This document shows, piece by piece, positions 23,690 to 35,900 of a stretch of DNA of 64,000 nt (position 1 is the stretch's first letter; each line of letters starts with the position of its first letter). Made by a program: the position numbers and the translations under genes. The notes under the pieces are model-generated. The model was not told the origin of the DNA. It made no database searches and saw only the letters and a list, made by a program, of their open reading frames with translations. The stretch spans positions 22,508,001 to 22,572,000 of the forward strand of contig OZ249436.1 in NCBI GenBank assembly GCA_965235115.1, read 5' to 3'. Source of the stretch: Laetmonice hystrix. Lineage: Eukaryota.

Positions 23690-24498
23690 AGCCTAGGTCC
23701 CACTAGGAGATACGACAACTTACAACAGGGTACGACCAGGCTGCGACTATAAATCCCGGGCAATCTTATAAAATCTTATAAAGGTCATGCCACAAGTCCT
23801 GGGTGGTCGTGGGTAGTCCTCCATAATTCCCCATAATCGCACGACCAAAATCCATCGCAGAGAGGTTGTTGATCATGTGCAACAACCTCCCTGCGACTGA
23901 AGTAGTCTCAGTCTGTCGCAACCTAGTCGTCAGTTGTCGTGCGATGGTCGTGCGATGGTTTGGGGACAAATCTCTGGTGGTCCTTCATTGTCGTAGGAAA
24001 TTGTTGTCGTAGGACAACCGCACGATCCCCCACCACTAGCACGACTTGTCGTGCGACTAGACCTGATTGGAAGACAAGTCGTGCAACTGGAGGACAAGTC
24101 GTATGACTACCTGTGAGTTGTCCTGCGCTGTTCCTGCCACTGGCCAAGACTAATCAGCGGGGTATATAGGGGCCTCGGTCTGCAGGCATGTCAGCATCCA
24201 CCTTGGTTGCAGCCCTGCTCCACAGTGTAACCTGCGGTCGCGGGCAGTCTCTCTCAGTCCCACGAGCAGTCACAGGAGGTCGTGGCCAGTTGTGCGACAG
24301 GGCCTTATTACTCGTACGTGGTCCTGGGTAATCGTGCCGGAGTCGGGCGATTAGTGGTGCTATCAATGTGCGAAAGGTCTTACAATGTGACCGGTACATT
24401 CAAGTCGCAAAAAAAATATGGACGACTACCCACGACCAGCCCTAGTCGCACGACTGAACTGATCGCAGGGAATCGCAGGCCCTAGTGGGGCCTAGGCT
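23690..24498. mobile_element. Harbinger-type MITE (809 bp)
   Basis: TIR AGCCTAGGTCCCACTAGG / CCTAGTGGGGCCTAGGCT, TTA TSD on both sides. Confidence 0.8.
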
Positions 24499-24501
24499 TT
24501 A

Positions 24502-25196
24502 TGCCTGGGATCCACTACGCGCGTCCTTTCGATTAGTCACGATGGTTCCCGCGCTACCTGTTGTGGAGTTTCGTGTACAATCGTGCCCTACGTCGGTGGA
24601 TGGTCGTGACCTATCCTAAAGTATGCGCAACGCGTAAGCAGCTGATCCACTGTTCCCGACGTCATACGGCTGACAAAATGAAAACATGGAAGTCTTCCTT
24701 GCATGCGCGGCTGCAACTACTACGCACCTTATTTAGAAATCGAGGAAGAGATTGATAAAAGTAGAAAAAAAATCCCATATGAACATTCTGCCATGACTGC
24801 CATCCTCTCGATCCTCTGCCATTGCCGGCTCTACACCATGCTGACATGCACTGTGCACTATTCCCTCCACCATCTTGAGTCGTCAACTTGGGATCACATG
24901 GTTTCAGCACGACTTTTTATTGGTTCACCTCCGCAAGCATCTTGAGTGGTCCTACGAACTCGCGTATCGCGCGATGAAAAATCAAACACGTTTGATTTCT
25001 GCTACGATCGCTTACGACGTCTTACGTCCTCTATAGGAGGCGCAGCTTGTCTTGGCCTATCGTAAGGTGGTCGTGGCAGCATGATCCACTGCCACGATTG
25101 ATGGCGACGTTTTCTGACCGAAAACGATCGTGGTTCATCGTAGCACCATCGTAGCCCTATCGGAAGGCGTGAATCGTGGCAGTGGATCACCCCCTT
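24502..25196. mobile_element. Degenerate Harbinger-type MITE
   Basis: GATCCACT / AGTGGATC terminal motifs, also seen in the 17489-20710 family. Confidence 0.4.
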
Positions 25197-25414
25197 TAGT
25201 GTGTTGCGTGTATTTTCTTTGTAGTTCACCACGCTTTGTCACGCTTTGCTACGCCACGCTTGTGTAGAAACTCCATGTCAACTCTTTGAGCTTATGCAAG
25301 AGCTCACTTCCAAGTCATGTCCAAGTCATTTTCGCGTGCGTGAATAAACTTGCAAACTATTATGTCGCTGTTTGTTATGTCGGGGTGAGGCCGCACATAC
25401 TGAATGTATCATAA

Positions 25415-25767
25415 GGCCACTTAAAATTAATAAATTGTTTTACATGACTCCAACATCTGAAATGTTGGTGAGTAGGGCATTTCATATTTTATATTTTATA
25501 TTTTTCCTCGACAAGAAGAAGGACAGCTGCAGAGATCACCAATACTGGAAAAATACTTTTAATTTCTCAATATCTCAACATTTTGTACAGCCCTTCTATA
25601 CCTTGAGGGTCACTTTAACTGTAACACCCTGACAGAACTGTGGGAGACGGTTTTGGGGATGAAAAAAACGGACTTTTTTAAAAATATAAAATATAAAAAA
25701 AATCGAGGCGGCGCCAAAAAATTGAGGCGGCCGGCCATGTGAAACAATTTATTAATTTTAAGTGGCC
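25415..25767. mobile_element. MITE with TAA TSD (Harbinger-like target)
   Basis: TIR GGCCACTTAAAATTAATAAATTGTTT / AAACAATTTATTAATTTTAAGTGGCC, TAA on both sides. Confidence 0.85.
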
Positions 25768-25849
25768 TAATACACTGTAAGTCAATCACAGCAGAGTTGT
25801 TACGTCACGCTACGCCTAATCATGCTAGTAACCGGCTTACCTTCACCCG

Positions 25850-26041
25850 CAGTGGCGGCGCCAGACCTAAAAATTCAGGGGGGCAAACAGAAAATCGGGG
25901 GGGGGGGCGGGGCAAAGAGATACGTCATACACTTTAATCTTTAAATGGCAGATTTAAACTGGGGAGGGGGCAAACAGGGGGCAAACTAAATTTCGGGGGG
26001 GGGGGGTCATTTGCCCCCCTTGCCCCCTAGCGCCGCCACTG
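25850..26041. mobile_element. Short G/C-run hAT-like MITE
   Basis: TIR CAGTGGCGGCGC / GCGCCGCCACTG. Confidence 0.6.
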
Positions 26042-27918
26042 ACCATCCGTATTTGTTCAAAAAGATGTCTAAAAGTAATCCCTGTGCCGATAGATTTGTA
26101 TTCATTCAAAAAAGTGAATACAGCAGCGTCGCCGTCCAGATATGGAGCTCGCTCGTGCATGCACTGACCGACTTTTTCAAGGCCGACAAGCTATGCAATT
26201 TGTGAATCGAACCGTCCCTGAGCCCAGGCGACGACGTTTCATTCAACGATACAGCTCGTCGACCGAGAATTAACTAGGTCTATCTGCATTTTTTTCAAAA
26301 TGTTTTTTTCAAGGTCTATCTGCAGCAACCGATCCTGCTTTTACATCCACCCATTTAATGCCAAGGCCACTGTCACAAATTAAGGTCTATCTCCATTTTC
26401 TGAAATCCACCTCAGTATCACATAGGTCTATGTCGTTTTAGAGTTATTGAAGGAGTTGTCCCAGTATAGAGTCTATTCAACATAGGATGAAATGTCACAC
26501 CGGCGGTGAGCCGGGGATCTGGGGGCCTATGTGTGTGTTGCGGGGGGGGGGGGGGGGGGCTGCGCTAATAAATGATAACGCAGCATGGATGGAAACATCC
26601 TCCCCCGCTCGGGGTTGAACCTGCAGTTGCAGCGATGCCCCTTGACAACTCAAGATGGGATGGAAATGGCGGGCGGGAGACAAAAGTACACCGGCGGGAA
26701 ATTCGAAGGGGACAAACACAGTGAGCCATATTATAAATAAATAAAGAATATTTTCGTTTGCTTTGATATTTATGTTAAATATCCTGGGGCACGGACCTAC
26801 CAGGGACTCGGACAAGGGGTGGTATTTTTAGGCTAAAAAAGACTAAATAGGCCGACATGTAGTAAACTTGGTCTTCGTCGACTTGGAGTTACCAGACTAT
26901 GACCGAACGTGGATCCATGCATCTTGAGTTGTCAAGGCCATAAAAGGGTTCCTCTCGATCGGTTCATGACAACTCAAGACCAACGTATTAGGATTTGAAA
27001 TATTACGGCTTTGTGTGAATACTTTAGTCCCGTGGCATCGCGCATCCTTCATTCTACCCCTTGAGCTCGGCCCTGGCTAAACTGTGGGAGGTTGACCTTG
27101 AAGTCAACCTCATGAATATTAATAGGACCTGACATCGGCGTCATAGACTCGCCACTAACACCCACTAAACGGTCTTCCCCGTGGTGTAGGCTTTCCCGCG
27201 AAAATGCCCCATAGCATATATACACAAATATGTCCCTCCCTGACAATAGAGCTTGTAGGACTCTGACTTGATATACGGTTTAACACGCGAAATTCCAAAT
27301 TTTATCCCCCCTGATTTCAGCATCGACCGTCACTTCGCTTCCGGTGGCATCCGAACTGGCACCGACCTGCTCGGCCCGGTGTCGCTGGCGCCAGCTGTCG
27401 GTCTCGGCCTCGGCCGTGCCCGTGGGTTAACGTTAAGGGTCGGGATAAGAGTATAGTTAGTGTGTGTTCTTGTAGCCCTGTCAACTCAAAGTTTTTCCCC
27501 CCACTCTCTCAGACAGTGCTGTAATCTGATTGGTCGTCACTAAACACACGGAGAATTATTACCTAGGAGGTAAGCAGGTGACGCTGTGAAGCACTCCCCC
27601 ACGAGAATAGGCGTGGTGTCGTGAGGGGGGGGGGTCTCTATTTTTTTTTTTTTTTTTTTTTTATTATGCATATTTTGACAGGGGAACCCACTCGACTTGT
27701 CAGCCGCCATTAATGTAGGGCCCTGTGATACATTAACGTATTATACACTTTCACACATACATTCTACATTACCTTGTATGTACAGTATATAGTTTTACAC
27801 ATCCTTCTTAGCACTTAACAATTACATATAATATTTCTGCACTTACACATTCACTTTCGTATACAATTTAACCCATGCTTCTTAGAGCTTCTTACGAGAT
27901 AAATCTATCTTGTTCCCC

Positions 27919-30782
27919 CTAGTGTCTTTCATTCATGTACATATTATTATAATATTTTTTAATCTCTACTTTAAATTCCTTCTTGTCCTTTAGGTTTCTC
28001 ATGTAAACTGGTAGTTCGTTCCAAAGTGTAGGCCCAGTGTAGCTATTACATTTCTTAAAGTGCTCACTCCTAGGTCTGGGTACTTCTAATAGAACTGCAT
28101 CATGTGCTCTTGTAATGTTTGATTGAGCTATTCTGGAAGTGTTTTCAAGTACCTCAAAAAAGGTAATCTTTTGCATCATAATTAGTCGTCTATATTTACA
28201 TGGGAGTAACTTTGCTTCCTGGTGTAGCTGAAAAGTATTGAATAATCTATCCTTGTTCAATGCAATCTTTAACCCATTGTTTTGTATTACTTGCAGTTTG
28301 TGTTTATAATATTCAGTACACGTCCCGTTAAAAATGTTACCATATTCGAGATATGGTAAAATCATTGATTTGAATATAGTTAATGCAGTCGTTTTATTTA
28401 CATATCGTCTTAATTTAGATAACATATATACCTTGTGTCCGGCTTTCTTGATACAATTTTTAATGTGATGATGGAATTGAAGTTTATTGTCGATAACTAT
28501 CCCCAAATATGTAAATTTGTTAACAAATTCTAGATTGTTGTTATTAATACTGATATGGATATTTCTATCTTCGTCACTGCTTCTACCAAAAAGCATACAT
28601 TTCGTTTTCTTTACATTAACTGTAAGTTTATTGTTTATAAACCAAGTATTCAGTTTATTAATGTCGTCAGTAATTTGTGTTACCAATTCTGGCAAACTAA
28701 AACTGTGTGCTACCATAGCTGTGTCGTCGGCAAATGCACTTAAGTCTGATTTTATATCGGAGTCCAATATGTCATTGACATATAATAAGTAGATCAACGG
28801 GCCAAGAATTGTACCTTGCGGTATGCCGTAATTGATAACTTTACATTCTGATTCAATTTCATTGTGTCTTACAAATTGCTGTCTATCTTTTAAGTATTCT
28901 ATTATCCATGATTTGCTTTTATCTATTATACCCACATTTTCTAATTTAGTGGCTAGGATATCATGGTTGATACAATTAAATGCTTTTTTGCCAGATCCAG
29001 GAAAACTATAATGCTGTATTGGCCACTATTCTTATGTTCAAATATTTGGTTTACAACTTTGTTGACCGCACCAGTTGTTGACTTTCCCTTCCTGAATCCA
29101 TTTTGTGAAGATAAAAAGAGGTTATTGCTTTCCATATAGTTGTAGACAATTTTGTTTACGTGTTTTTCCAAGATCTTTGATGGCAGGGGAGTGTTAGAGA
29201 TCGGTCTTAAGTTATTCAAATCCGTTGGATCTCCTTTTTTAGGTACTGGGGTAACTCTAGCCACTTTAAATGCCGTAGGAATTTGGGAGTTTTCCAGCGA
29301 GTAGTTGTAGAGCCTAACAATGATGTCTGGTATTGCATTGAATGCATCGACTAGGACTCTCGTGCTAACTCTATTTAATCCCGATGACTTTGATAAAGAG
29401 ATTTCATTCAAGATATTACAAAGACTGTCGACTGTGAATTTGCCAAGGTCTGCTAATACTGTATTGCTCTTCTGGACTGTAGGTCTGTTGATTGCCGAGG
29501 GATGTGGTAATCGGTCGGCTAGATCCTTTCCTATATTAATAAAATAGTCATTCATCAGTTCCGTCGCCTCTTTATCTTTACACATGTTACCATTAACTGG
29601 ATTACGTATTTCATCGATTTTAATATTTGACATCTCCGGTATTAAAGTTTTAATATCTTTCCAGAATTTCTTTTGGTCTTTTTCGTGTTCTTTTAATTTA
29701 TTCAACATATAGTTTTGCTTAGCATCTCTGACTAGTTTATTGTAGGTTCTCCTTGCATGGCAGGCCCTATCATAGTTATATTGGGTTTTACTTCTACGGT
29801 AGATCCTAAATAAAATATCTCTTTGCAGCTCAAACTCTGTTAGTTCCCTATTTAACCACTCGGGTCGTTGGCTTCCAACTTTAACCTTTCTATAGGGGCA
29901 CATGCGGTCAATTTCAAACTCAATACCTTTGTAGATCATATCCCACATGTCATTTATATCTTCCAGTAGATCAAGGACTGTCCAATCTAAATTTTTTAAT
30001 CTACTTTGGAATAGCTCCTTATTATAGTTGCTAAAACGTCTGCAATAAATAAACTTCTTATCTCTAACGGTATGTTTCCTTTTTTTGATAATATATACAG
30101 GTAGGTGATCGCTAATATTGTAGTTTATGCATCCCGAGCTAAATATGTTCTTGATATTGGTAATAACTACATCTATTAAGGTACTACCTTTAAGAGGAAT
30201 TCGGGTATCGTTTTCTATAATTTGTTTTAGTGTATAGTCATCTTCTAAGCCAGCAAGTAGTTTATACGAATCGGCTTTTTTATCCGAATAATCTAGGTTA
30301 AGATCTCCAATGATGACCACTTCACATTTATGTAAATCATTAATAGTGTTTATACATTCTCTAATTGTTTCGATAGCTATTCCTGGGGTTCCCTTAGGTG
30401 GTCTATAGCAGTTTAATAGAATTATTCTCTTAGCATTATTACCCTTGATAATAAGGACTTGCAGTTCTATGTGGCAATTCGAAATTTGGGTTACTACCTG
30501 GAAATTTATATCTTCTTTAACATAAGTGCAAGTACCCCCTCCCCTTTTGTTAACTCTATCATTACGAATTATCTGGTATCCTTTAATCTGTACCATTGAT
30601 GATGGTAATTCAGGTGACAACCATGTTTCACTCAGGCACAGAATGTTCACGTATGGGGTAAAGTTATGTACAATGCTATCGAGTTTAGGTAGTAAACTTC
30701 TGACGTTGAGATGCATAATTTTAAATCCCTTCATCATTGAGAGCTCTTCCGCTGATATGTTCACTTGTTCATTAGTACACAT
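27919..30782 (-). CDS. LINE ORF2: apurinic endonuclease + reverse transcriptase (~953 aa), one frameshift at 28984-28989
   Basis: APE motifs HLNVRSL, LCLSETWL, RGGG, YRPP, GDLN, IDVV, SDH. RT motifs PKKGD..NLRPIS, QNGFR, FLDLAK-AFN, GIPQGTILGP, FADDT, YLGI. C-terminal LWNELP is typical of L2/Crack/CR1-group ORF2. Confidence 0.93.
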
Positions 30783-31431
30783 TGGTAAGATACGTGAGAT
30801 ATTTTATACAGTCGAGTCTTCATATACGGGTAGTTCGTTTTGTCAATTTCTTCATCTAGGGTTTTACGAATCTTAGTTTGAGAACGCAATGAGGTATACA
30901 TAGTCATGGGTGAAAGTCTTTCACTGGGTGCATACAAGGTACAAATACAGCACATATATACATATATACAGTCAATTCCGGTATCGTCAGTAGGTGAAGG
31001 CATATGTTTTCTACAGTCACCAATGACCACGCATGTCCACGGGCAGATACAATGAGCTGTAACTGTGATGTTGTTACTGTGACATGGTGTCTTTGCTTAG
31101 AGCACCCCGCTGCCCATATTCCCCAGCGGGAGCTATATGCACACGGGGTACAAAGGCATCTTACCACAAGATAGGTAGCACTGAGATATTTAAATCAGAT
31201 GTGTATCTTAGTATAAGCATAGACGTAGGGTATAAGGCACCCCGCTGCCCATATTCCCCATCGGGAGCTATAGGCACACGGTGTACAAGATATCCTACAG
31301 TAATATAATCCTATGTATATGTGATTAAGAAAAAAAAAAAAAAAAAACTTTCGTGCCCATATTCCCCAACGGGAGCTATGGGTTTGGTTGACTGACATCC
31401 TACCGTAAATCCGAGGATGGCGTGAGTCCTA

Positions 31432-32082
31432 TTAGCGGGGGTGGAGAGTAATGTTCGTTTTGGCGGCTTTTGCTATGAGGGCGGACCACAGTTTTTGAGT
31501 TGCCGTATTTGGATGTAGACCATCATAAAATCTATTGTATTTATTTATCCTGCGTCCGTTGGTTAGGCTATGTATTGTGTCCATGGTCCATGGTGCCGTT
31601 AGTGAGTCGTCTCTATTCATCATGGTTACGACTTGATTGAGGGTTATAACTCCATCGTTTATGACTGCCTGAGCAGTATCAAAATCTGTTATGTGACCAC
31701 GGTACGTGTTGTATACATTAATGTCCAGCCCGGTGAGTTGGCAGATTATAACACATTTGGAGTAACGTTGTAGATATGTTTTCGCCCAGGTAAAGTAATC
31801 TGTTAACACATCTACCATATTTGGTATTTCGGTAAAAGTTGGAGTGATTTTACCAGTTGGCGATTTAGAAGTTAGGTTGTTCACACCGGCCATCAGATAT
31901 ATAAAATCGAATGATCCTGACTTCAAATAATGGTCCGCTGCTTTGACTGCCGTAGTAATGGTTGCACCAGGTGTGGTGGAAACTGTGAAGTTAGTCGGGA
32001 TATTGCGGTTGGCACATTCCAGGTTTATAAAATATTCAAGTCCTCTGCCTCGTGAGTCACATATGAGTAAGGAGGATGTCAT
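31432..32082 (-). CDS. SGNH/GDSL-hydrolase (esterase-like) ORF of the LINE, 216 aa
   Basis: Block I LLICDSRG, block II PGA, block III IYLMAGVNNL, block V DGLHP. The ATG lies 1 nt after the ORF1 stop (TAAGATG). Confidence 0.8.
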   Translation of the reverse strand: MTSSLLICDSRGRGLEYFINLECANRNIPTNFTVSTTPGATITTAVKAADHYLKSGSFDFIYLMAGVNNLTSKSPTGKITPTFTEIPNMVDVLTDYFTWAKTYLQRYSKCVIICQLTGLDINVYNTYRGHITDFDTAQAVINDGVITLNQVVTMMNRDDSLTAPWTMDTIHSLTNGRRINKYNRFYDGLHPNTATQKLWSALIAKAAKTNITLHPR

Positions 32083-32083
32083 C

Positions 32084-32983
32084 TTACAGATCCTGTCTAA
32101 CCTTTTGGAGTAAATCGCCAAACTTGTTTTGGCCTGGACAGTTGGAGTCAATGCGGGAGGCTTGCATTAGGGTGAGACCACATCCATAGAAGGGGTCGCG
32201 GGTTGCTTCGTACAGTGAGCAGTTCCCGGTGGCCTTGAGTTTCTCCAACAGGCTGGTGTTCTGTTCAAATTTAGCCTTGACAATAGTTTCCAACTTTTCA
32301 AGTTTCTTTGTTGTCCATGCGTCAGTGGTCTTAATTCTTCTTGCAATTTTGTGGGCTTCAAACGGGTCCGTAGTGGCTAGTATAGACTCCGCTAGTACTT
32401 GTTCACCATGTTCCACGGCCTTCTGATGGCAGAATGCTTGCTCAGCACTGTTATATGTGACACCCTTGAGTTCAATATTACATGGGTACATGTTAGACAT
32501 GTAGGACTCCTGACCTTGGAAGGCGATACCACTCTGTATATGTAGGGTTTTCGCTTCAGTGAGGGAAAGATTGTGTGGTAGGTGTTGGAGGTCAATTTGA
32601 GTGTATCGCCTGCCGTCAATCACAAGGGCCTCTCCTTTCAGTTTGGCATTCAGGTGTTTAATTTTAGCCAGGTTGTATATGTGTTGCATTACATGCCGCC
32701 TTGATTGAGCTTTGGGTGAGAGGTCATCAACAATAGAGATCCTTGCCCAGCGTTGGTGGTCCTTAAGCCTCTTGACCTTGTTGTATACGTCACTCTTTGA
32801 GGTGGTGCGGCTAAGTTGTATTAGAATAGGTCGGGGGTTGGTTCTATTTTTGTTCCTGTCCCCCAGTCTGTAGACAGCACAACAATCAGCTATTGTAGTT
32901 TCAGTGCCCAAATCAGTTAGTAAGTCGCTTACTATTACTTTCACATTTTCTCCATTTCTTTCTGGGATCCCATGTATGATTAA
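32084..32983 (-). CDS. LINE ORF1, 3' part: RRM-like + CTD + C-terminal NADAR (YbiA/DUF1768-like) domain
   Basis: LIIHGIPE..YRLG..PRPILIQL..ISIVDDLS (ORF1p RRM/CTD pattern), then YMSNMYPC..TYNSAEQAFCHQKA..W..IVKAKFEQN..LKATG..LYEATRDPFYGCG..GQNKFGDLLQKVR (NADAR pattern, ~32530-32087). Confidence 0.85.
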   Translation of the reverse strand, partial: LIIHGIPERNGENVKVIVSDLLTDLGTETTIADCCAVYRLGDRNKNRTNPRPILIQLSRTTSKSDVYNKVKRLKDHQRWARISIVDDLSPKAQSRRHVMQHIYNLAKIKHLNAKLKGEALVIDGRRYTQIDLQHLPHNLSLTEAKTLHIQSGIAFQGQESYMSNMYPCNIELKGVTYNSAEQAFCHQKAVEHGEQVLAESILATTDPFEAHKIARRIKTTDAWTTKKLEKLETIVKAKFEQNTSLLEKLKATGNCSLYEATRDPFYGCGLTLMQASRIDSNCPGQNKFGDLLQKVRQDL

Positions 32984-35900
32984 TAGAGCTGTAGAGGATC
33001 TCTGAAAAAGCCTCTAGAAATTGAAATGACCCCTACCGGGGTAGAACAAAGCAAAACATGTTTTTTTTTGGAAGTACTTCACATAAAGTGTATGGATTTT
33101 GGTGTTGTACCATTGGCAACTGAGTACAACACCCCTTTCTGAGACGGTTTCCATGGCAACAAGGGATTTTTTAAAAACTAGCAAAAAAAACATAAAAATA
33201 TCTATAAATCTGGATGTATTTCCTGAATTTCTCTGAAACTTTGGTCAATCATTCATCATTAAGGGTAACACCCGATGATATTATGACCTTGACCTGAGTC
33301 AAGGTCAAGGTCACATTATTCGAGGTCAAACATTAAAAAATGATGGAAAATGTGGCTTGGACATGATGTAACCTCTTGTGTTTAGTCAGAGAGAGTATTT
33401 CTTTATCAGTTTCACATGCCAATGAACAGAACAGACCATTAACTACACTTTCATATGAAATTTTGGCAGTCATGGTCACTGTTACCATGGTAACCAGGAC
33501 ATCATCACCAGAGAGGCTGTTCTGCACTAAGAGGCATGGGGAACAATGTGTCATTTTACAGCATTGGGTACATTTTGAAAAGGGCTTTCATTGTCTCCAT
33601 AGAAACACTTCTCTGTGAGCACAACAAAAATCAACTATGACCTTGACCTTGGTCCAAGGTCAAGGTCACATATATCAAGGTTATATTCAAAAAATGATGG
33701 AAAATGTGGCTTTTACATGATGTAAACTCTTGTGTTTAGTTGGAGAGAGTATTTATTAATCGGTTCTTGAATGCCAAAGAACAGAACAGATATGAAACTT
33801 CACTTTGATATGAAACTTTGGCGGTCATGGTCACTGTTGCCATGGTAATCAGGACATCATCATCAGACAGGCTGTTCTGAACTAAGTGGCATGGGGAAAA
33901 ATGTATCATTTCACAGAATTGGTTTGAAAAGGGCTTTCATTACCTCCATAGAAACATTTCTCTGTGAGTGCAAAAAAAATCAGCTATGACCTTGACCTTG
34001 GACCAAGGTCAAGGTCACACATATATCAAGGTCAAATTTTTAAAAAATGATGAAAAACGTGGCTTGTACATAATGTAAACTCTTGTGTTTAGTCAGAAAG
34101 ATTATTCATCATGAAGTTATCATCATCACTAAAACTATCATCATTCAAGTTTTGCACAATGCATTCAAAGAATGCGGCCATTGCCTTATTAAATCACCTG
34201 TAGGTATCCAATAGCTTCCGTTACCATGGTTTCTAGGGTACATAAGTATAAACACATTACAGTGGTTAAATTACTTCTATAAGATAATACATGAATGACA
34301 ATTGAAATTATCTGCAAGTTAAAAAAAGTACAAGACAGGTTACTGGAATTGCCTAGCAATGCATTCTGGGACAGGCTTGCAGGTAGTTCATTAAAGTATG
34401 TCCTTGAAAAATAGGTGAAGGTCAAGTGCTTCTGTGCAGTATAAATTAGGTTGTCAGACTAACAACTTTGTAAATATTTATGTACATTCACACATAACAT
34501 AGATACATAGATACATAACTGAAGAATAATAACTTGAAACTACCACCAAACAAGCAGTTTCAAGTCATGCTACTGGTTCTGTTGCCTAGCAACAATCATT
34601 CCAGCACTTCTGAGAGAGGCTTTAGAAGCGCGACCTTGCTCTGGTAAGATTTAACTCTATTTTGATGTACTGGTGATAATAATTCACAAAAATACCTCGT
34701 CTACATGCAACGAGGACTGTGGAACTTGGAATAGTAATTTTTTATAAATGTTAATGTTTCATAAAACACAAAAAATAATTTAAAAAACCATGAATGATTA
34801 CTGTGCAGCAGACAAATATTTATGTTTACCTTTTGGCATGTAGTTCTGGGAAACTGCTCTTTTTGTTATTAACATGAACAGACTATATGCAACACATATT
34901 CAGCATAAGGAAGAACTGAGGAGTTACTTTTGTCATTACTTGCACCCTGGAACATTTTGACATAGTGATTCCATAAATTATGTCATTTTTTTTTTATTTG
35001 AGAATTACTTCACAGTAAATTTCAAGATTATATCAGCAAAATTCTGGACATGATTCAACCAACATGATTCTGTTGCACATAACCTTCATGCAGTTTGTTG
35101 ACTCTATTAGCTTTTATTCAGTTAAACATGTATAGCATCTTTTACTTCCATAAAGGAAAGCTCATTGTCTCGAGTTTCCTGTTTTGTACAGTTTTTAACA
35201 GCCTAAATGGAAAAGACATAAAGGTATATAATATAATAATTACAAGGTGTTTTGAAACCTTCCTGAAAAGAATTGGAAATAACTTTCTTTGAAATTACTT
35301 AATTTTGTTCTGCTTAGGCACCCAGAATAATTTCTTCTGTTTTGCTAAAGATTGTCTGGTAAATGTTTGCAGTGGGTATACAGTAATTATGGAATGGTCA
35401 TTTGCAGGTCCACTATGCCAGGATGGGTGATAATGAACCACAACTTAAAAAACCTTGTGCATGGCAACCAGGAGCATGTATAATATGTTTTAAGGCTATT
35501 GAAGAGTCAGAGCAAAATGTGACCAGGAACCCAACGAAAGAAGGCATTTCCAAAATTCTGACTGCATCCCAGCAAAGACAGGATTTGGTTTATCAAGTTA
35601 TATGGCCCCTCAAAGATGATTTTCTACAGTCGAAACATGAAGTTGTATTCCATAGAGACTGTAGGGCAAGCTATACTTCTAAAAGAAATATATCCCATGC
35701 CTCAGCGACTTTGTCCACGGAGGATGCATACAGGTATCCTGTGAAAGCAACAGCAACTCATGAAGGTTACAATCTCCGAAATGAAGGGACATCCTTTAAT
35801 GTAAGGACCGACTGCTTCATATGTTCATATGGTAAAAAGAAGGAAACATTAACTTCAATAACAACAGGTACAGGAGAAGAAACAAGACTAAAAGTTATTG

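Noticed and set aside
22900..25850. Possible solo LTR interrupted by MITEs
   Set aside because: There is an AATAAA near 25343 and an LTR-like composition, but I could not find a convincing TG..CA pair with a TSD.
32084..32530. NADAR domain as bacterial contamination or a prokaryotic DarT-NADAR operon
   Set aside because: It is fused in frame to a LINE ORF1 RRM/CTD and collinear with APE-RT and a poly(A) tail. No DarT-like ORF is visible.
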